Source: Octopus sinensis (lineage: Eukaryota). From it: a stretch of DNA of 64,000 bases. The stretch is taken from NCBI RefSeq assembly GCF_006345805.1, contig NC_043014.1, positions 52,204,001 through 52,268,000 of the forward strand, given 5' to 3'. Shown here in pieces: positions 56,640-64,000 of this stretch (within the stretch, counting starts at the first letter, position 1; each line of letters opens with the position of its first letter). The translations under genes and the position numbers were made by a program. Below the pieces are notes generated by a model. The model made no database searches and had not been told where the DNA came from. It saw only the letters and a program-made list of their open reading frames with translations.

Positions 56640-56861
56640 GCATTGATACTTATATGCGTAACAGTATGTGCATCAACAGTTACAGTTTTTCAAATATACA
56701 CACACAGTCAGATATGTACATACGTATATACATTTGCAAGCATATGTATACGTCCATATATTATATATACGCTATATATGCATGCTCTATATGCATACAT
56801 TAAATATATATAAACAAATATATTTTATACACACACGCACATACATTACATATATATATGC

Positions 56862-56904
<43 letters not shown>

Positions 56905-58289
56905 TACACAGACACATAGAAACGTACATACATATACACATGCCAAAACAGGAAGTTAGACTATGATATTTGTATAATGTTTTTCCTATTAATGTTTTCA
57001 TTAACAAATTTGTTCCCCGCCATTTTGACTATTATTTGCAAATACAATATTTTTTAAATGGTGGCAGTGTACTTGTTCATTGTTTCCAATTAAATAAATT
57101 TAGTTTCTCTTTTTTCCTTAATCAATATGTACAATTTATACATCGTATATACATGCATCCATATATTTAAATAAGTATTTCTCTTGCATTTGGCGTATAT
57201 GTTGCCGTTCAGTTTACGAATCATTGTCCACAACATGTTAAAATCTGCGTATGGAATTATTTCATATCATCATGTGCTTCTTGCTTTGCTATTCGTTTCA
57301 AAATAACATATACTTTAAATACAATATCGTCGAGTCCACATTATTATTCGATAAAATGTAATATCGAAGTCGTACAAGGAAAGGAAAAGAAAATTTTTCT
57401 TGTTATTAATGTACAACAAAGACCCAACAGCGTTTGGAAAACAATTATGGAAAGAAGTCAGCTACAATATTCTGCAAAAGTATTTATTGAAATCGTACAT
57501 TATATATAATTTTCACAGAACTTTTGATATGCATACATACATACATACATGTATATATAAGTCGGTATACAAATGCAGGGAAGTGACACTCGACAAATAC
57601 AGTAGTTTAGTATATTTTTAATTATATTTTGCCTCAGCTCTGTATGCATTAAACTTGAATGGATACATAAGACGCACCCTTTTCATCAGATGTACGGTTT
57701 AAAGTGTCAATGCACAAAAAATAACGAAAATAACATTGTTTCATACAACTAATAATTTCGATTCCAAAACCAGAAATAATAGCAAATTAATAATAATGAT
57801 AATAAACACAGGACTTCCAAATACATATAACATACAGAAAATTGTACTATTGGGCACTGCACACATCCTACGCAAAACACTTTCGATACAGTAACCATCA
57901 GAGCATCGCAACAAATCACAGCACATATCCAAGGCACACAGAGCTGCGCTCGGTAGTGAAGTGAAAGCACGCTATAAAAATAAAACTACAGAATAATAAT
58001 AATGATGATAGTGAACGATGCACTGGCAAAAGTGAGCAAAAAGAATAAAATGAAATAATTGAATCAAAACATTACATACGCAATAATATAAAATAATGAA
58101 ATAAAAGAATGTTGAAATTGAAATATTGCAGATACTGAGAGCGTAAATGGAAACAAGATGTTGAAGAAAAATAACCTTTAGATATTTACATAGATATCTA
58201 CCACAAAGAAACGAGAACATCAACGATTTAAGTCAAAGCAGATGTTGAATAGTGGCATATGTCTGGCATTAAAAACAACACTATTGACA

Positions 58290-59420
58290 AATAGACTAAC
58301 AAGGAGCAAGTTAAAGTATTGCCATTAAACATAGATACAGAGGCTAGTTAGTGTTAGAGCATTCATACACTGCTCTAAGGTCAGCATAAGGACATAGGCA
58401 CAAAGATGATTTTAAAAAGCGTACATGTAACAGAAAATGCCGTTGTTACATGCGGAACAATCTAGAATTACAGAAAGACATGAAACAGCAATGATTTAAG
58501 CTTTAAACATTGTGAAGGTGAGTGAAATGGATAGGATTGAGAGGGAGCAGAATTATGTAGAGAAACTAAGAGACAAATATGAACTGGTTGAGAAACAGGA
58601 TGTAGGAGATGTAGAGGAGGAGAGGCAAAAAATAGATGTCCTCTAATGTACGTGGTACACTAGGGTTAGAATGGGTGTGAGGAAAGGTTGTGAGTGGTGG
58701 AATGATCTGGTAATTGATGCAGTGGCAGAGAAGAAAAGGGCCTTGAAGTGTGGTAACAGAGAAAGGATGGAGAGGTTTATGATCAGTAAATAGAAGTGAA
58801 AAGGAAAGTAAAGAGAGAGGAGAGTGTGGAGGATTTGGAGGCGAATGAAAGGTTCGGGAAAAAGTGGAGGGAAAATTTTATAAGAAATAAAAAGATGTTT
58901 TGCAAAGAGGTAGAGAGGGCAAGAAAGGTGGTTGGATTGGAGGAAGGAACGAAAGGGGTGAAGGATGTAAATGGAAATGAGGATGTACAAAGGAGATAAG
59001 TACAAAGGAATAGAGTATTTTATTAATCTGTTAAATGTGGAGGATGTTAGGGAGGCAAGTATAGTGGCTGTAGGAGAAGAGAGGAGAATGGCTGTTGTTG
59101 AGGAATGGAACCACGGTGCAACTGGAAGGGAGAAGGTGAGGGAATTCTTTCGGTAGATGACAAAGTGGAAGGCGTTAGGTATAGAGAGGTGCACAGCGGA
59201 ATTCCTAAAGAAAGGATGACTAGCAGTAATTGAATGGTTAGCGAGGCTTATGAATGTTTGTTATACGGCTGGAAGAGTACCAAACCATTGGTGCAGTGCC
59301 TGTATAAGGCCCCTATACAAGGGGAAAGGGATAAATGTGAATGTGGAAATTTTAGGGCTATAAGTCTGTTGTTTGTGGTTGGTAAATTGTATGTGAGAAA
59401 TCTGGTTGTAAAAGTGAGGA
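58290..59420 (+). mobile_element. Decayed RTE-clade LINE (linker and start of RT)
   Basis: KGCEWWNDLVIDAVAEKKRA and GERDKCECGNFRAISLLFVVGKLY match the RTE WWN..V..AV.EKK and KGD..EC.NYRGISLLS..GK.Y motifs; purine-rich plus strand. Confidence 0.75.
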
Positions 59421-61396
59421 AACAGAAAGTTTCAATATTTTTCAATTAGGTCATGGCTGAGAGATAAAAGCTTGCTCAAGGTAGCCGCCCTCGGATTCGA
59501 CCACGATATTGACACGGCTCCGGAATCTGGTGCATGCGTATGTCTCCTTGGGAGGATCTTCTAACACATCCATCAGATCAGCCTTATCAGTTGCAAGCAA
59601 AATGGTGCCTTTCTCATTCGTAGCCTACACATGGTAATCCATGGAATTACAAGTGGGCGAATCAGCAGGCCGGTTGTAGAAACTCTTCGACAGAAATTTA
59701 TGACTAATTTTTTTCTAGGAATAGGTATAAAAGTATTCGAATACTGCTGCCACACATAACTCTTTCCAGCAGTAAACCTCTGCAGCCAGGGTTTGCCCAC
59801 AATCTCAAATAGCTTTACATAGCCACCTGAATTGCGCCTAGGGCCCTGTTCATCAGTTGTTCGAAGTGAATTACGTCAGAATGCCTGCTAGCACCAAATT
59901 CTCCCAATCTCATTTGTAGCTATCCATATCACATCTTACAGATCTCACCGTGTACTCAGAGAAATCAACATTGGGCATGATGTGGGCGTTTTGATACCAT
60001 GAAGCAATCATGATAAATGAAACCCTTTTTCAATTTCAGATGCTTTTCAGTCCTACGTGTTAGCTTTTTTCTTCACTATAACTTTATGCAACACAGTTAA
60101 CCTTTTATCAATCCATCGATTCGTTCCAGAAAAAAAAAACGAAACATAAAAAACGGCTAAATTTGCATCAAACATCCTTTAAAATCACATTGACGCATCC
60201 ATTTACATTATATAGAGAGGGCTATAGAAAACCACGCATCCGCATCTGAGTGGACAAGCATTGAAGAAAAACAACAAATGACTATGAAACGTCAGTGCAT
60301 CACAGAACACGTACCTTCCCGCTGCTGATTTTGTAGTAGTAACCTCTCACGTTTATTGGTGTTTTTCATATCAGAATGTTAGGAGAAAACTGATATAGAA
60401 AATATGTCCCCTTCTATGCGTAGTTTTAGCAAAATGCTCTCGTGTATACCGAGTCAAAATAGTTTTAGCTACGAGAGATAACTTGTGTAGAAAGCTGAAT
60501 GTAACACACTACCTTCGGTAAAGCACTAGAACTGTAAATGGCGGTATTTCAGTTAGGAAATTACAGGATCACCGACAAAATACTTTTATTATAAAACTCC
60601 ATAATGTAAGAAGTAATGATTCGCATTGAATTATACATGAATCTCATTACAGAAAATAATGTATAGCACTAATTGAATAAAAAAAAATATAGAAGGCCTA
60701 AAGATGGAAATGGCATATAGTTGTGATATTCATTGCGATATATAAAACATTGAGCATAATAAAAGGAAAACTATGCAAAATATTTTTTTATCTCTGAATC
60801 TAAGTATCAAGGCAAGCATTTTCTCTCTGGGTTAGTATTATATGAGAAATAATTATCATGAACGAAAACATATTTTATTTCTAAAATCTAATGTATAATA
60901 AAAGGTTCGGAAGACAAGGCAATAATAGCCAAACTCTTGATTTTTTTTCGGTAATGTTTTCTATTAAATATCAGTCAAGTTTGATAAGACTACAACTAAC
61001 ATGACATGGCGTCTTCAAATTTAAATTATTGAAATATGACCAGCAAGAAAAACCCAAATATACAATGGGAACTAACTTTCTATTTGAAAAAATAAGCATC
61101 AGTCAAAAATGTATATCGGAACATATATAAACGCAAAGTGACTAACTTAGGATGAATGACTTTTATTAGTTTCACAGTGACATATTTTAAAGGAACGGTA
61201 CTGCCGAGGTTAAATAAACATAGCTAAGGGTTTTCTACATACATTACCACAGAATTGCAACCCAGCCATACAAGGAACAACTTAGTGAAGAGCAAATTTG
61301 TCCGAATTTTAATGTCACATTTTATCAATGCATAAATTGTCATTTTATAACTGTGGGAAGGTATGCACGTAAACTTAATGATACATTGATTAAAAT

Positions 61397-61543
61397 TTTT
61401 CCGTCTACCAAATCCACTCACAAGGCATTGGTCGGCCCGGGGCTATAGCAGAAACACTTGCCCAAGATGCCACGCAGTGGGACTAAACCCGGAACCATGT
61501 GGTTGGTTAGCAAGCTACTTACCACACAGCCACTCCTGCGCCT
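61397..61543 (-). mobile_element. SINE family A, 5' half only
   Basis: Close reverse-complement match to the family A head, ending just before the internal microsatellite. Confidence 0.85.
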
Positions 61544-62047
61544 TATAAAACATTGAGTTTTATAAAAGAATATTTGAGACTAAGCAGTATGCTGTATAGG
61601 TAAGAGAATAATGCAATATATTCTTGTGAAATTTTAGGAAGAAAATCACGTCTGAAAAACTGAGACAGAATAGTTCGCTGCAATGCTCACACTAAATGTA
61701 CAATGTGCATCTGCGTCTATGCATATTAAACACACAATATTTAACATATGTGTGTTCAACAAACCAAAATACAGGATGCTTTTATTCCTCTTTGAGCTTG
61801 TAATTTAATCTATCCATTTCTATACTGAAGATGATAACGTGTGTCACGTATCACAGCAATTTCTAGCTTAAGTGACAACATGGAGTCTCTGGCTTTATCT
61901 TAACATAGAGACAGAGTGTAAGACACATTTCAAGTGTCAGCTTATAAGAGTACATATTTTTTCCTTTGGGCATGCAAGGATACATATAGAAACTAAAAAA
62001 AGAAAACGAGAACTTATCGTGCAATTTAAACTCACATTGCAATATTA

Positions 62048-62048
<1 letters not shown>

Positions 62049-62116
<68 letters not shown>
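62049..62116. repeat. Perfect (AT)n
   Basis: Direct reading. Confidence 0.95.
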
Positions 62117-62117
<1 letters not shown>

Positions 62118-62306
62118 CGGGAAGGTTTACGAAAATTAACAAAAGACAAAGGCAGGTGGAGTACAAACAAATAATTGTATTAGTATGGCGCTCAGGAATA
62201 GAAATATAAAAAATCTTTTACGTTTGGAGCCTACGCTCTTCGACAGAAACATACACAGAAAAAAAACAAGGAGAGAAAACAATGCGTGTAGGAGCTAACG
62301 ATATAT
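62117..62306 (-). mobile_element. Short pseudo-LTR-like repeat with a degenerate minimal hammerhead (62214-62250)
   Basis: Reverse complement UUU CUGUCGA A GAGC GUAG GCUC CAAAC GUA AAAGA; the element is bounded by (AT)n. Confidence 0.45.
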
Positions 62307-63437
62307 CACGAGACAGACTTATAAATAGAGAGATGGATAGAAAGACAGATAGATAATCTGTAAAAGGTAAGCAGAAATATATTCATACTCACGAAAGAGT
62401 TGCAAAACGCTTAAGTAAAACTATTGTACGTACATAGCAAGAAAGTCTTGATAGATTTGTCAAGAGAGGAAAGACAGCATCTAAGTTGATTATTTTCAGG
62501 CCATCGACACTTATGGGAGAAATATAGGAAGAAAGCAGTTTTAACCTATTTTGAGCGATTTGAAGATGGCATGAGAATCTCCATTTACTTTCCGACTGGA
62601 TTAGAACAAACACGCAAACAATTAGAGATTAATGAACTATACCGCATAAAGCACAACTAGAACAAGAGAGTTGGAAGGAATGTTGTAGACACATCTCATG
62701 ATAGCTAAAACGGTGCTAGATATAAACGAAGTTAATAAGCATATATTGTCTACGAGTTATATTTGCAACTGGAATCGAAATTCTAAAGCAAGACTAAATG
62801 AGGAAAACAAAAACAAATAGAAAAAAAAGAAAATGATGTAGTAACAGAAAAATGGAATACAGAAAAGAAAAGTGTTGCATAAACACACACACACACACAC
62901 AAACAAATGATCTCAGAGACTATCAGAGCGTCCATAATTTTGGATATGCCAATCCCAGGCAACAGGACTATCAATGTTAATCAATTGGATATTGTTATCA
63001 AGTACAGCCCGGAAAGGATGTTCTTAGAGCAAAAGAAAGGCAAGATGCATTGATTGGAAGAAAATAGTCCTAAATGGCAAATAACCGAAAGAAGTCACCT
63101 AGCGGAAACAGATAAAGACAAATGGCGGCATTTGAAAAAAAAACGCAAAGCATAAATCAGTTTCCTCCCGACAGTTGATAAGGATGTATAACTAAGAGAA
63201 ACTTTCTGAGGTTGAATGCAATTTACCTATCATCCAATATAGCAAAAATCGATTCGGATGTCCATTTGCGTTGTCAGTGATAACATATTATTCGGTATCT
63301 TAGACTGTAACACAGCACCGTGTTATAGAAGACTATAGTGCAATGAGACTTGCGAGAGAGCAAGTTATACATTACATACCGTCTCACATCCAATGACTAC
63401 ACATGTGGTAGGAAGCTAAGTTAAAGACTCATCAATA

Positions 63438-63655
63438 AAGTGGTGACCTGGCAGAATCGTTCGAAGGCCAGCCGAAGTCCTTAGCGGCATTCCGTTCGTC
63501 TTTACGCTCTCAGGTCCAATTCCATCTCGGTTGACTCTGCCATTCATCCATTCGGGGTTAATAAAATATGTACAAGTTGTTTACTGGGCGTCTATGTAAC
63601 TGACTCCACCTATTCCTTGATCTTTCTGGCTTTCAGACAAAGTTCGAAAGTAATG
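63438..63655 (+). mobile_element. Diverged SINE family B'
   Basis: ctggcagaatcgtt head; gactctgccattcatccattcgggg core. Confidence 0.6.
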
Positions 63656-63914
63656 TTGCTCATAATATTTCCTATTCGTAAGGTCATGAGCTATAACTTC
63701 ATAAGTAATCAGTTAACTTCAGAAGAAATCTCATAAGAAATACACTGTAGGTGTATTGTTTTCACCCCCATATCATTTTACAGATGCTATACTAATGACA
63801 CGCAATTATGGACGACCTGTGGACACTCACCCAGACTCGCATTCATGGTGGCCTCACTGCCTCTGAGATATATGCCAGAATTGAGTGACAAACGTCCTTC
63901 AAAATACATACATG

Positions 63915-64000
63915 TTTCTTTACTACCTACAAGGGGCTAAGCATACAAGGGACAAACAAGAACAGCCAGCCGGATTAAGTCGATTACATCGACCCCAGTG
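63915..64000 (-). mobile_element. SINE family B 3' end (continues beyond the window)
   Basis: ttctttactacc..aggggctaa..gattaagtcgattacatcgaccccagtg is the reverse complement of the family B tail. Confidence 0.8.

Noticed and set aside
61826-61865. CUGAAGA followed by a good hairpin
   Set aside because: No GAAA after the hairpin.
62389-62613. Minus-strand ORF ...VDGLKIINLDAVFPLLTNLSRL...
   Set aside because: Short, no recognisable domain, no convincing splice sites.

Overview
AT-rich eukaryotic (animal) genomic DNA, about half low-complexity (AT)n/(CA)n/(ATT)n tracts. The repeat content and extreme microsatellite load look like an octopus-type cephalopod genome (my inference; not verifiable here). 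No long protein-coding ORF is present, and most ORF-track entries are translated microsatellites. What I can support: (1) many tRNA-derived SINE copies of three families; (2) decayed LINE pieces (CR1-like, one with a 5' inversion; RTE-like; R4/Dong-like); (3) a mariner-derived MITE; (4) Penelope-like element (PLE) remnants; (5) four short, phase-compatible plus-strand exons (33187-49285) that splice into a Ser/Thr/Pro-rich stalk ending in a hydrophobic, GPI-signal-like C-terminus; the gene is not identified. The most striking signal is a set of type I minimal hammerhead ribozyme (HHR) motifs from at least three, possibly five, unrelated repeat families. Two have fully intact cores (1467-1551 +, 44097-44157 -). 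One family is fused to a tRNA-derived Pol III head and carries a PLE-style 5' inverted duplication (34372-34760), making it a candidate hammerhead-carrying SINE mobilised by PLE machinery.
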